This document shows, in pieces, positions 45,603 through 54,298 of a stretch of 64,000 nucleotides of DNA. The first letter of the stretch is position 1. The number at the start of each line of letters is the position of its first letter. The stretch is from an uncultured Chthoniobacteraceae bacterium (GTDB lineage: Bacteria > Verrucomicrobiota > Verrucomicrobiia > Chthoniobacterales > Chthoniobacteraceae), in the NCBI GenBank assembly GCA_964513965.1, contig CAZEOO010000005.1, positions 42,651 to 106,650 of the forward strand. Direction: 5' to 3'. The notes under the pieces were generated by a model, which saw only the letters and a program-made list of their open reading frames with translations, had not been told where the DNA came from and did no database searches. The position numbers were made by a program, and so were the translations under genes.

Positions 45603-47273
45603 GTGACAAACAACGAAGATTACATCATCGAACTGCTTCTGGACACCTGTCTTATCACTCGGGAGCAGGTTGAAGAAGCCAAAGCGGCAACCCAAACCGG
45701 CGAGAGCGTCGTAGAAGCCTTGATTCAAAAGGGCATCGTTTCCCGCGTGGACGTGCTGCGATCCCTGGCGGCCCACTCCAGCATGGAGTTTGTGGACCTC
45801 TCGCAAATGGTCATCACGCCCGACGTCATTGCCGCCGTGCCCGCCGACGTGGCCCGCCGCTACAAGGTGCTGCCCATCGCCAACGTCGAGATGGGCCTGA
45901 TGATGGCCACGAGCGATCCGCTCAACTTCGACACTTTCGACACCGTCACCCACCTCATCAATCGCGACGTGGAGTGGGTGTGCGCCGCACCCGACCAGAT
46001 CCAGGCCGCGCTGCTCAAATACTACGGCCCCGACGAAAACGCGCCGAGCGACGTCGAGATCAACACCACGACTTCCGGCGAATCGGGCACCGACGACGGG
46101 GACGCCCCCATCATCAAGCTCGTGACGACGATGCTGATCGACGCCTACAAGATGCGGGCCAGCGATATTCACATCGAGCCGCTCGAAAAATCGCTGCGCG
46201 TCCGCTTTCGCGTGGACGGCGTGCTGCACGAGATGCAGAGCCCGCCCAAGAAGCTCCAACAGGCCATCATCAGCCGCATCAAGATTATGAGCGGCTCCAT
46301 GAGCATCGCCGAAAAGCGTCTGCCGCAAGACGGCCGCATCCAGGTCAAAATCGGCAAAAACCAGCTCGACCTCCGCGTTTCCACGATCCCCACCAACCAC
46401 GGCGAAAGCGTGGTCATGCGTATCTTGGACAAATCAGGGCTCACGCTCGGGCTGCCGCAGTTGGGCTTCCTCTCCGACGACCAGGCGACCTTCGAAAACC
46501 TGGTCACGCTGCCCGACGGCATCATCCTCGTCACCGGCCCCACGGGTTCCGGTAAATCGACGACCCTTTACGCCTGCTTGAACCACATCAACCGGCCCGA
46601 CCGCAAGATCATCACGGTTGAAGACCCCGTGGAATACCAGATGCCCGGCATCAACCAGGTGCAGGTCAACTCCGACGTGGGGATGACCTTCCCCGCGGCG
46701 CTGCGGTCCATGCTGCGCCAAGCCCCGAACGTCATCATGATCGGTGAAATTCGTGACTTGGAGACGGCTTCCATCGCCATCAACGCCTCGCTCACCGGTC
46801 ACTTGGTTTTCTCCACGCTCCACACCAACGACGCCCCGAGCGCCGTCGCCCGTCTGGCCGATATCGGCGTGCAGCGTTTCCTCATCTCCTCCGCCGTGCG
46901 CGCCATCGTGGCCCAGCGCCTTGTTCGCCGGATTTGCCCGAAGTGCAAGGTGCCCTACGAAATGACGGACGCCGAACTGCGCGCCTTGGGCCTCGACCGC
47001 TCGCAACTGGAAGGCGCTACCGTGATGCGCGGCAAAGGCTGCGACGCCTGCCGCAACCTCGGCTACAAGGGGCGGCTCGGCATCTACGAAATCTTCCTGG
47101 TGGACGACGAGGTGCGCAACATGATTAACGACGGCTCCTCCACCGTGGAACTGCGGCGGCGCGCGCGTGAACTAGGCATGCGCACCCTGCGCGAAGACGG
47201 CGTGCGCAAGGTGCTCGCCGGCGTCACCTCGCCCGAGGAAGTCATCTCGGCGACGATGGCGGATTCGAACTAA
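45603..47273 (+). CDS. GspE/PilB-type secretion/pilus assembly ATPase, copy 1
   Basis: GTG start, T2SSE N-terminal domain, Walker A GPTGSGKSTT, Asp/His boxes, and a tetracysteine motif (CPKC...CDAC). Confidence 0.9.
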   Translation: MTNNEDYIIELLLDTCLITREQVEEAKAATQTGESVVEALIQKGIVSRVDVLRSLAAHSSMEFVDLSQMVITPDVIAAVPADVARRYKVLPIANVEMGLMMATSDPLNFDTFDTVTHLINRDVEWVCAAPDQIQAALLKYYGPDENAPSDVEINTTTSGESGTDDGDAPIIKLVTTMLIDAYKMRASDIHIEPLEKSLRVRFRVDGVLHEMQSPPKKLQQAIISRIKIMSGSMSIAEKRLPQDGRIQVKIGKNQLDLRVSTIPTNHGESVVMRILDKSGLTLGLPQLGFLSDDQATFENLVTLPDGIILVTGPTGSGKSTTLYACLNHINRPDRKIITVEDPVEYQMPGINQVQVNSDVGMTFPAALRSMLRQAPNVIMIGEIRDLETASIAINASLTGHLVFSTLHTNDAPSAVARLADIGVQRFLISSAVRAIVAQRLVRRICPKCKVPYEMTDAELRALGLDRSQLEGATVMRGKGCDACRNLGYKGRLGIYEIFLVDDEVRNMINDGSSTVELRRRARELGMRTLREDGVRKVLAGVTSPEEVISATMADSN

Positions 47274-47299
47274 TCTCCCATCGGTTTTTAGAGAAGCAT

Positions 47300-48388
47300 A
47301 TGCCCGCCACCCCCCTGGAAGACCTGCTGCGGCTGATGATCGACGAAGAGGCGTCCGATCTTCATCTTGCCGTCGGCGTCGCCCCGGTGCTCCGGCTTGC
47401 GGGCAAGCTGACCCCGCTGCAACTGGCGCCGCTGACCGCTGAAGACACCGAAACCCTCGCCCGCGCCGTGGCCCCCAGCGAACACTGGATCGAGCGGCTC
47501 AACACCGAAGGCAGCGCCGATTTCGCCATCAGCTTCCGCGACCAGCGTTTCCGCGTGAACCTTTACCGCGAGCGGGGCAACTGCGCCGCGGCCATTCGTC
47601 TCTTGCCCAGCAAATTCATGACGCTGGAGGAGATCGGCATGCCACCCTGCGTGCGCGAATTGCTGGACTTGCCGCGCGGCCTCATCCTCGTCACCGGCCC
47701 CACGGGGTCCGGCAAATCGACCACGCTGGCCAGCATGCTCAACATTATCAACGAGACCTCGGCGCGTCACATCCTGACCATCGAAGATCCCATTGAGTAT
47801 GTTCACCGCCACCATTGCAGCGTGATTAACCAGCGCGAGGTGGGAGTCGACCTTCCCGACTTCGCCGACGGCCTCCGGCGCGGCCTGCGCGAAGATCCCG
47901 ATGTGATGCTCGTGGGGGAAATGCGCGACCTCGAAACCATGGAGGCCGCCATCACCGCCGCCGAAACCGGCCACTTGATTTTCTCCACCCTCCACACCAC
48001 CGGCGCCACCCGCACCGTGGACCGCATCGTGGGGGCTTTCCCCGCCGCACAGCAGGAGCAAGTGCGCATCCAGCTTGCCTCCACGCTCCGCGCCGTCATT
48101 TCACAAGTGCTCGTGCCGACGGCGGACGGCAAAGGCCGCGTGGCCGCCTTCGAAATTTTGCTCAACACGTCCTCCGTGGCGGCGTTGATTCGCGAAAACA
48201 AAAGCTACAGCCTTCCCACCGTCGTCCAGACCAGCGCCGAGCAAGGCATGGTTTCCCTGGAGCAATCCCTCGTCAACCTCCACACGCGGGGGCTCATCAG
48301 TTACCAGGAAGTCATGAATAAATCGCAGGACCGCGAACTGGCCGCGCAACTGGCCGTTCGCAACCACCGCGAGCACCTCTCCCATTAA
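47300..48388 (+). CDS. pilT: type IV pilus retraction ATPase PilT
   Basis: 362 aa. Walker A GPTGSGKSTT, PilT-type blocks (REDPDVMLVGEMRDLET, GHLIFSTLHT), and no N-terminal T2SSE_N domain. Confidence 0.9.
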   Translation: MPATPLEDLLRLMIDEEASDLHLAVGVAPVLRLAGKLTPLQLAPLTAEDTETLARAVAPSEHWIERLNTEGSADFAISFRDQRFRVNLYRERGNCAAAIRLLPSKFMTLEEIGMPPCVRELLDLPRGLILVTGPTGSGKSTTLASMLNIINETSARHILTIEDPIEYVHRHHCSVINQREVGVDLPDFADGLRRGLREDPDVMLVGEMRDLETMEAAITAAETGHLIFSTLHTTGATRTVDRIVGAFPAAQQEQVRIQLASTLRAVISQVLVPTADGKGRVAAFEILLNTSSVAALIRENKSYSLPTVVQTSAEQGMVSLEQSLVNLHTRGLISYQEVMNKSQDRELAAQLAVRNHREHLSH

Positions 48389-48396
48389 TCGTCGAT

Positions 48397-50088
48397 ATGA
48401 ACGCAAATCAAGTCATCGAAATCTTCGTAGAACAGGGGATCATTGATCGCAGCCAGGTGGATGACATCACGGCGGAACTCCTTAGTTCGGGCAAGGGCAT
48501 CGAAGAGGTCTTGACGGACCTCGGCCTCGTCACCGAAGACCAGTTTTACCAGGGGCTGGCCAACTATCTCGGCACGGAATACGTCGATTTGAGTTCGTTC
48601 GAGCCGCCCGCCGAAATCCTCGCCATGGTGCCCGCGAACCTTGCCCGCATGCACGGCGTACTTCCCATCGGGATGAATGGAGCGGCGGTTACCATCGCGA
48701 TGGTGGACCCGCTCAACAGCCAGGTGCAGGAGGACCTTCGCTTCGCGCTGGGCCAGGATATTTACATCGTTATCGCCTCCATTTCGTACATTCAGAAGCT
48801 CATCCAGCAATGCTACGGCAACGACTCCGGCAACCTCAACGACGTGTTGGCGGAATTGGGCGGCGACGTGGAGTTTGGCGGCGGCGACACCACGCAAAAC
48901 CTCGACGCCCGCAAGCTGGAAGAGGAGGCCAACTCCACGCCCATCATCCGCTACGTCGATCTCGTGCTCGCGCAAGCCATCGCCGACCGGGCGAGCGACA
49001 TTCACTTTGAACCCTTCGAGACGGAATTTAAAATCCGCTACCGCGTGGACGGCGCGCTCTACGAAATGGCCCCGCCTCCCGTCCATCTCGCCAACCCCAT
49101 CATTTCGCGCATCAAAGTGATGTCGAACATGAACATCGCCGAACGCCGGTTGCCGCAGGACGGCCGCATCCAGCTCACCACCGGCGGCCGCCAGGTCGAT
49201 TTGCGCGTCTCCTCGCTGCCCACGCAGTTCGGCGAGAGCGTGGTGCTCCGCGTGCTCGACCGCTCCACGGTGAACCTGAACCTCAAGACCCTGGGGATGC
49301 CGGATTTCATCTACAACTACATCCAGGAGACGATCCAAAAGCCCAACGGCATCTTCATCGTTACCGGCCCCACCGGTTCCGGTAAAACGACGACCCTTTA
49401 CGCCTGCCTTAACGAGATCAACACCATGGATTCCAAGATCCTCACCGCCGAGGACCCCGTGGAATACGACATCGACGGCATCATGCAGGTGCCCGTCCAG
49501 GAAAGCATCGGGCTCGATTTCGGCCGCTGCCTGCGCGCATTTTTGCGTCAAGACCCGGACCGCATCATGGTGGGTGAAACGCGCGATATCGAAACCGCGC
49601 AGATTTCCATCCAGGCCTCGCTCACGGGCCACTTGGTATTTACGACGCTGCACACCAACGACGCCACGGGAGCCGTCACGCGGTTGATCGATATGGGCGT
49701 GGAGCCCTTCATGATTTCCGCCTCGCTGGAAGCCGTGCTGGCGCAACGCTTGATCCGGCGCATCTGCCCCAAGTGCCGCACGCCGTACGAACCCAACGAA
49801 GCCGTGCTCTCGCAACTGGGCCTTTCGCCGCACGACATCGGCGACAAAAACTTCTTCTACGGCAAAGGGTGCGACGCCTGCAACCACACCGGCTACAAAG
49901 GCCGGAAAGGCATCTACGAGCTGCTGAACGTTACGGACCCCATTCGCGACCTCATCAACCAGCGCGCCCCCAGCGTCGTGCTGCGGCAAAAAGCCATTGA
50001 GCTTGGCATGCAAACGCTGCGCGAGGACGGCTTGAGAAGCATTTACGACGGCGACACCACCATCGAGGAAGTGCTGAAGTACACCTGA
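48397..50088 (+). CDS. GspE/PilB-type secretion/pilus assembly ATPase, copy 2
   Basis: Same architecture as copy 1 (T2SSE_N, GPTGSGKTTT, CPKC...CDAC). It is a paralog, not a recent duplicate. Confidence 0.9.
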   Translation: MNANQVIEIFVEQGIIDRSQVDDITAELLSSGKGIEEVLTDLGLVTEDQFYQGLANYLGTEYVDLSSFEPPAEILAMVPANLARMHGVLPIGMNGAAVTIAMVDPLNSQVQEDLRFALGQDIYIVIASISYIQKLIQQCYGNDSGNLNDVLAELGGDVEFGGGDTTQNLDARKLEEEANSTPIIRYVDLVLAQAIADRASDIHFEPFETEFKIRYRVDGALYEMAPPPVHLANPIISRIKVMSNMNIAERRLPQDGRIQLTTGGRQVDLRVSSLPTQFGESVVLRVLDRSTVNLNLKTLGMPDFIYNYIQETIQKPNGIFIVTGPTGSGKTTTLYACLNEINTMDSKILTAEDPVEYDIDGIMQVPVQESIGLDFGRCLRAFLRQDPDRIMVGETRDIETAQISIQASLTGHLVFTTLHTNDATGAVTRLIDMGVEPFMISASLEAVLAQRLIRRICPKCRTPYEPNEAVLSQLGLSPHDIGDKNFFYGKGCDACNHTGYKGRKGIYELLNVTDPIRDLINQRAPSVVLRQKAIELGMQTLREDGLRSIYDGDTTIEEVLKYT

Positions 50089-50116
50089 TCTGTTTGCCGT
50101 GCCGAATTTTGGGTCC

Positions 50117-50941
50117 ATGAGCCAGGGGCAGATGATTTTCACGGGGTTCGCCGCCGTGGTCATCTTCTGGCAATTCGCCAAAGGCTGGCGGCTGGGCCTG
50201 GTGCGGCAGATCGTGCGGTTTGCGGCGCTCGGTTTGGCGTATTTCGCAGCGATCTGGGGTGCCTCCTCGGTGGCCCCGTTCCTGCAACCGCTGGGCTATC
50301 CCCATATCGTGCTCCTCGGGCTCGCGGGCGCGCTAATTTGGGTCTTGGCGTACGTGGTCATTACCGGCTTCGGCGCCGTGCTTTTCAAACGCACCTCGCA
50401 GCAGGATCTCGGCATCGTCTGGTTCTTTTACGGCATCACCGGCGCTCTGCTGGGAGCCGCGTTTGGCATCCTGCTGGTCCTGGTGGCGGCAGACGTGGTG
50501 CGGATTTTGGGCGCGACCGCGGAAAGCGCCACGCCGGACCCCAAAAAGCGGAGCTTCTTCATTTCGGAAGTGGTGGAAGTGAAGCACGCCATTGAGAAGA
50601 GCAATTTCGGCGACATTCTCAAGACCATCGACCCCGTGCCCAAGCAGGCGTACACGATTGCCGACAAAGTGGGCCGCGTGGTGGCGGACCCGGAAAGCAT
50701 GGCGCGCTTGCTCACCTACCCCGGTTCGCGTGAACTGGCCCAGCGCCCGGATCTCCAGGCGCTGCATAGCGACCCCGACGTGCTCGCGGCGCTCCGGGAC
50801 AAGCGTTACAACGATTTGCTTAAAAACCCGAAGGTTGTGAAGGCGTTGAACGCGCCCCAAACGGCGGCGCTGTTCCGCGAATTCCAGTGGGAAAAGGCGC
50901 TCGATTACGCCTTGGATACGCATTCGAACCCACCGAAGTAA
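50117..50941 (+). CDS. CvpA-family membrane protein with a soluble C-terminal extension
   Basis: Four hydrophobic helices in a CvpA-like pattern (FAAVVIFWQFAKGWRLGLVRQI...). ATG at 50117 is preferred over the GTG at 50099. It lies 10-28 bp after the second ATPase. Confidence 0.65.
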   Translation: MSQGQMIFTGFAAVVIFWQFAKGWRLGLVRQIVRFAALGLAYFAAIWGASSVAPFLQPLGYPHIVLLGLAGALIWVLAYVVITGFGAVLFKRTSQQDLGIVWFFYGITGALLGAAFGILLVLVAADVVRILGATAESATPDPKKRSFFISEVVEVKHAIEKSNFGDILKTIDPVPKQAYTIADKVGRVVADPESMARLLTYPGSRELAQRPDLQALHSDPDVLAALRDKRYNDLLKNPKVVKALNAPQTAALFREFQWEKALDYALDTHSNPPK

Positions 50942-51103
50942 AAGCTGGGGAGCACGCGGCGCGACTCCCGCGATCGAAAAAAGGCGTGCCGGAAACGTTG
51001 TTCCAGCACGCCGTATAAGCGGATGATCGAATGTTATACCAACTCGCAAAAATAAAAGGACTCTATGACGCCGGGATTTTTGGGTGGGGCAAGGCGGAAG
51101 GTG

Positions 51104-51128
51104 GAGGCGCTATCAGTGATAGCGCCTC
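51104..51128. repeat. perfect 25-bp palindrome GAGGCGCTATCAGTGATAGCGCCTC
   Basis: Read directly: 11-bp arms and a 3-nt centre. It lies in the convergent gap between cvpA and the oxidoreductase gene. No U-tract on either side. Confidence 0.9.
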
Positions 51129-51195
51129 TGCCTGACAACGCCGCCCCGCACTAAAAGACCAAGTCAGAGGGTCCGGTTATTTTTGCGAATTGGTA

Positions 51196-52269
51196 TTACA
51201 CCCGGATGGCCTGCGCCTGGGCCTTGAGGCTCAGTTCCGAGGCTTTGAAGGCATGCTCCTGCGTCATGGCCTTGTCGGTGCGGTTGAGGCAATCGAGGAT
51301 CAATTCGCCGAAGAACGGGAAGCCCACCTTGCCCGCGAGGCTGAGGTGCTTCTCCTCCTTTTGGTTCACGAGGTAAAGCTGGTCGCCGCCTTCGCCGCGG
51401 CCCACTTCCACGTATTTGCGCAATTCGATATAGCCCTCGGTGCCGAGGATGAACGTGCGGCCGTCGCCCCACGTACGGGATGCGTTCGGGGTAAACCAAT
51501 CCACGCGGATGAAGTTCGTGGCCCCGTTGTTGCCCAGGAGGTGCGCCTCGGCGAAATCCTCCAGTTCGGGATAATCGGAGTGCCCCTTGTTGGAAATCGT
51601 GGAGGAAAGCACGGTGGCGTCCGTCGCGCCGGTGTAGTAAAGGAATTGCTCGAACTGGTGGCTGCCGATGTCGCAAAGAATGCCGCCGTACTTGGCTTTT
51701 TCGTAGAACCACGCGGGCCGCGAGGCGGGATCGCCCAGCCGGTGCGGGCCGAAGCCGACCACCTGGATCACCTTGCCAATCGCGCCTTCCTGGATCAACT
51801 GCCCGGCATAAACCGCGCTCTCCACGTGGAGCCGCTCGCTGAAGTAGACCGCGTATTTGCGGCCCGTCTCCGCGACCGTCTTGCGGGCTTCTTCAAGCTG
51901 GTCAAGCGAGGTGAACGGGCATTTGTCGGTAAAGTAATCCTTTCCGGCGCGCATCACGCGGCAGCCGATGGGGCCGCGCTCGCACGGAACGGCGGCGGCG
52001 GCGATCAGCTTCAACTCGGGGTCATCGAGCAGCCGCTCGAAGCTGTCCACGGGCTTCGCCTGCGGGAATTTTTTGCAGAACTCGGCCACGTGCTCCGGGT
52101 TTGGGTCATAGACATAGCGGAGGTCGGCACCCGCTTCGACCAGCCCATTGCATTGGCCGTAAATGTGGCCGTGCTCCAAAAAAGCGACACCAAACGGGAA
52201 CTCCCCTCCCTTTACGACCGGAGCGGCTTTTCCCTTGGGGGCGTAATTCATTCCATCACTGTTGCTCAT
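51196..52269 (-). CDS. Gfo/Idh/MocA family oxidoreductase
   Basis: 357 aa with an ATG start. It has a Gfo/Idh/MocA-like N-terminal dinucleotide-binding region and C-terminal alpha/beta domain, and sits in an operon with the next gene. Confidence 0.8.
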   Translation of the reverse strand: MSNSDGMNYAPKGKAAPVVKGGEFPFGVAFLEHGHIYGQCNGLVEAGADLRYVYDPNPEHVAEFCKKFPQAKPVDSFERLLDDPELKLIAAAAVPCERGPIGCRVMRAGKDYFTDKCPFTSLDQLEEARKTVAETGRKYAVYFSERLHVESAVYAGQLIQEGAIGKVIQVVGFGPHRLGDPASRPAWFYEKAKYGGILCDIGSHQFEQFLYYTGATDATVLSSTISNKGHSDYPELEDFAEAHLLGNNGATNFIRVDWFTPNASRTWGDGRTFILGTEGYIELRKYVEVGRGEGGDQLYLVNQKEEKHLSLAGKVGFPFFGELILDCLNRTDKAMTQEHAFKASELSLKAQAQAIRV

Positions 52270-52291
52270 GGTTTTAAAAAATTAGGTAACG

Positions 52292-53452
52292 TTAAACTGC
52301 GTTGAAAGAAGAGCTAAAATCGCTCGCCGTCGAACGAACGTTTGCAGCTTTGTCTTTGTACTTGGAGGTGGCAATCTTTTCTTTCAGCAAGGCCTCGAAT
52401 TGAGCGCCGTCGAGCGGCACGTCGATTTCCTTGCCGAGGAAAGCCGACATCAGCATGGCATTGCCGAGTTCCACGGAATGGAGCCCCTCCTCCGCCGGAG
52501 CGATCAAGGGTGCGCCGTCCAGCACCGCCGCCGTGAAGTTCTTCAAAATGCCGTTGTGCTGCTCGCCGTTATCGGCGGCTGGGATATCGATATTCCACGT
52601 CTCCGGCTTGTCAAAACCCTTGTCCGTAGTGTGGGAATATTCCGTCATCGGCATTTCGTTGCGCAACCATTGCACCTTGCCGTCCTCAATGACCACACGC
52701 CCGCGCTCCGCGGTGATTTCAAGCCGGTTGGTGCCGGGAGCTTCGCCGGTCGAAGTGATGAACACCGCCGTCTTGCCATCTTTGTAACGCATCACCGCCG
52801 TCACATCGTCCTCCACCTCGATCTCGTGATAGCGCCCGAAACTGCAAATGGCGCGGACATGGTCCGGCATGCCAAAGAGCCACTGAAAGAGGTCGAGATT
52901 ATGCGGACACTGATTCAGAAGCACCCCGCCGCCCTCGCCACCCCAGGTGGCGCGCCACCCGCCGGAATTGTAGTAGGATTGAGTACGAAACCAGTTGGTG
53001 ATGATCCAGTTCACGCGGCGGATAGCCCCCAACTCGCCGCTCTGGATCAGCCCGCGCACCTTGGTGTAATGAGGGTCCGTGCGCTGGTTGAACATCGCCG
53101 CGAACACCTGTTTTGGGTTGGTGTGGGCGGCGATGAGCCGCTCGGCGTCCGCCTTGTGCACGGAAATCGGCTTCTCCGTCAGCACATGGAGCCCATGGTG
53201 CAAGGCGTCAATACCGATGGTGGTATGGAAATAATGCGGCGTGGCGATCAGGATGGCGTCGATCTCGCCGGAGCGGATCATTTCGGCGGCATCCGTGAAG
53301 ATTTTTGCATCCTTGGCGTAAGTGCCAAGGTCTTTGGCATTATCGCAAACGGCGGCCAATTTGAGACGTGGAATTTTGCCATCGAGAATGGAACGGGCAT
53401 GGATGGAGCCCATATTGCCGAGACCGACGATACCGAGTCGCAGAGAATTCAT
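52292..53452 (-). CDS. Gfo/Idh/MocA family oxidoreductase
   Basis: Rossmann motif LRLGIVGLGNMGSIHA and ...DAILIATPHYFHTTIGIDALHHGLHVLTEKP. Confidence 0.85.
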   Translation of the reverse strand: MNSLRLGIVGLGNMGSIHARSILDGKIPRLKLAAVCDNAKDLGTYAKDAKIFTDAAEMIRSGEIDAILIATPHYFHTTIGIDALHHGLHVLTEKPISVHKADAERLIAAHTNPKQVFAAMFNQRTDPHYTKVRGLIQSGELGAIRRVNWIITNWFRTQSYYNSGGWRATWGGEGGGVLLNQCPHNLDLFQWLFGMPDHVRAICSFGRYHEIEVEDDVTAVMRYKDGKTAVFITSTGEAPGTNRLEITAERGRVVIEDGKVQWLRNEMPMTEYSHTTDKGFDKPETWNIDIPAADNGEQHNGILKNFTAAVLDGAPLIAPAEEGLHSVELGNAMLMSAFLGKEIDVPLDGAQFEALLKEKIATSKYKDKAANVRSTASDFSSSFNAV

Positions 53453-53686
53453 GGTAATGGACGAAAAGTGGATCGGAAGGGAATCGTAAGAATAGAAAAG
53501 CGAATAACATCACTCCTCGCGAAGCGAGGGACACCCACCCCGCGCGGAATACCAACACGTGTAGGGTCCCCAAGGGATGAGGTCAACAAAAATAGGGAGC
53601 GGGCGCAAAAAAACGCTGGAGAAATAGAAAACGCTTGCAAATCCGCTGGTAGCGCGTAGAAATACGCCTCCCGTCTTTCGGGAAAC

Positions 53687-53761
53687 TCGAGCGTAGCTCA
53701 GTGGTAGAGCGATCGGCTGTTAACCGATTGGTCGAAGGTTCGAATCCTTCCGCTCGAGCCA
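53687..53761 (+). tRNA. tRNA-Asn (anticodon GTT), CCA encoded
   Basis: Manual cloverleaf: acceptor TCGAGCG/CGCTCGA, D-stem GCTC/GAGC, anticodon stem ATCGG/CCGAT with loop CTGTTAA, T-arm GAAGG-TTCGAAT-CCTTC, 3' GCCA. Confidence 0.9.
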
Positions 53762-53930
53762 GTTTTTGCACAGCGCGGAACTGGCTCGCTTCTGGTTAAC
53801 GAGCATCGGGTATTTTCTCACCCCTGCTGAATTTCACAAGCCACTTCGCTTAGTGGCTCCTGCGCAAAGACTTGCGCGAGCTACTGTCTGAAATCCACTT
53901 CCCGTTTTCACCACCGCAGAGAGAGGCTGG

Positions 53931-53947
53931 CCAATCGGTTAACAGCC
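53931..53947 (-). repeat. 17-nt perfect inverted copy of the tRNA-Asn anticodon arm
   Basis: CCAATCGGTTAACAGCC is the exact reverse complement of tRNA positions 53715-53731 (GGCTGTTAACCGATTGG). The match stops at both ends. Confidence 0.9.
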
Positions 53948-54218
53948 CCGGAATGCCCCCCAGCCCCCAAAATCGCGCCAACCTCTCTCGCCTCTCCGTT
54001 TTGGGCTGAGCTTGGTTCACACGAAAATCGACCAGGGTGACCAAAGGCTACGCTTCACAAACGCGATGGCGGTCGCTTTCGAGCCCTTCTTCCTCCCCAG
54101 TCAGCCGGACAGACAGACCATTTTTGTCCTATTGTTCTCCGGTCGCTGGAATAATCCGACCGACAGCGGAATACAACCTTATCCGTTTGGCAATCCAGGT
54201 TCTGAAGGAGCCAAACCG

Positions 54219-54295
54219 GTTGTCCGATAAAAACCACAAGTTTCGGACACGCATGTTGACATTTGTCAGAAACTCGTAGATATTTATCGGACAAC
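54219..54295 (+). promoter_or_regulatory. abiEi promoter flanked by a perfect 13-bp inverted repeat (candidate AbiEi operator)
   Basis: GTTGTCCGATAAA (54219-54231) and TTTATCGGACAAC (54283-54295) bracket TTGACA (54256-54261)-N17-GATATT. The right arm ends 3 bp before the ATG at 54299. Confidence 0.5.
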
Positions 54296-54298
54296 TCC

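Noticed and set aside
45603-45900. A c-di-GMP-binding MshEN-type motif in the N-termini of the two PilB-like ATPases.
   Set aside because: The N-terminal helices (for example VVEALIQKGIVSRVDVLRSLAAH and IEEVLTDLGLVTEDQFYQGLANYL) have the general T2SSE_N pattern. I cannot verify the specific binding residues by eye, so this is listed only as a test to run.
51111-51123. The tetO-identical core CTATCAGTGATAG as evidence of a tetracycline-resistance determinant or cloning-vector contamination.
   Set aside because: Only 13 nt match, the flanks differ from tetO, and no TetR or TetA-like gene or other vector-like sequence is present anywhere in the window. I kept the feature only as an unexplained palindrome.
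53850-54279. Short ORFs (64-80 aa) between tRNA-Asn and abiEi, considered as possible integrase remnants.
   Set aside because: None of the translations shows tyrosine- or serine-recombinase motifs. The ORFs overlap each other in different frames.
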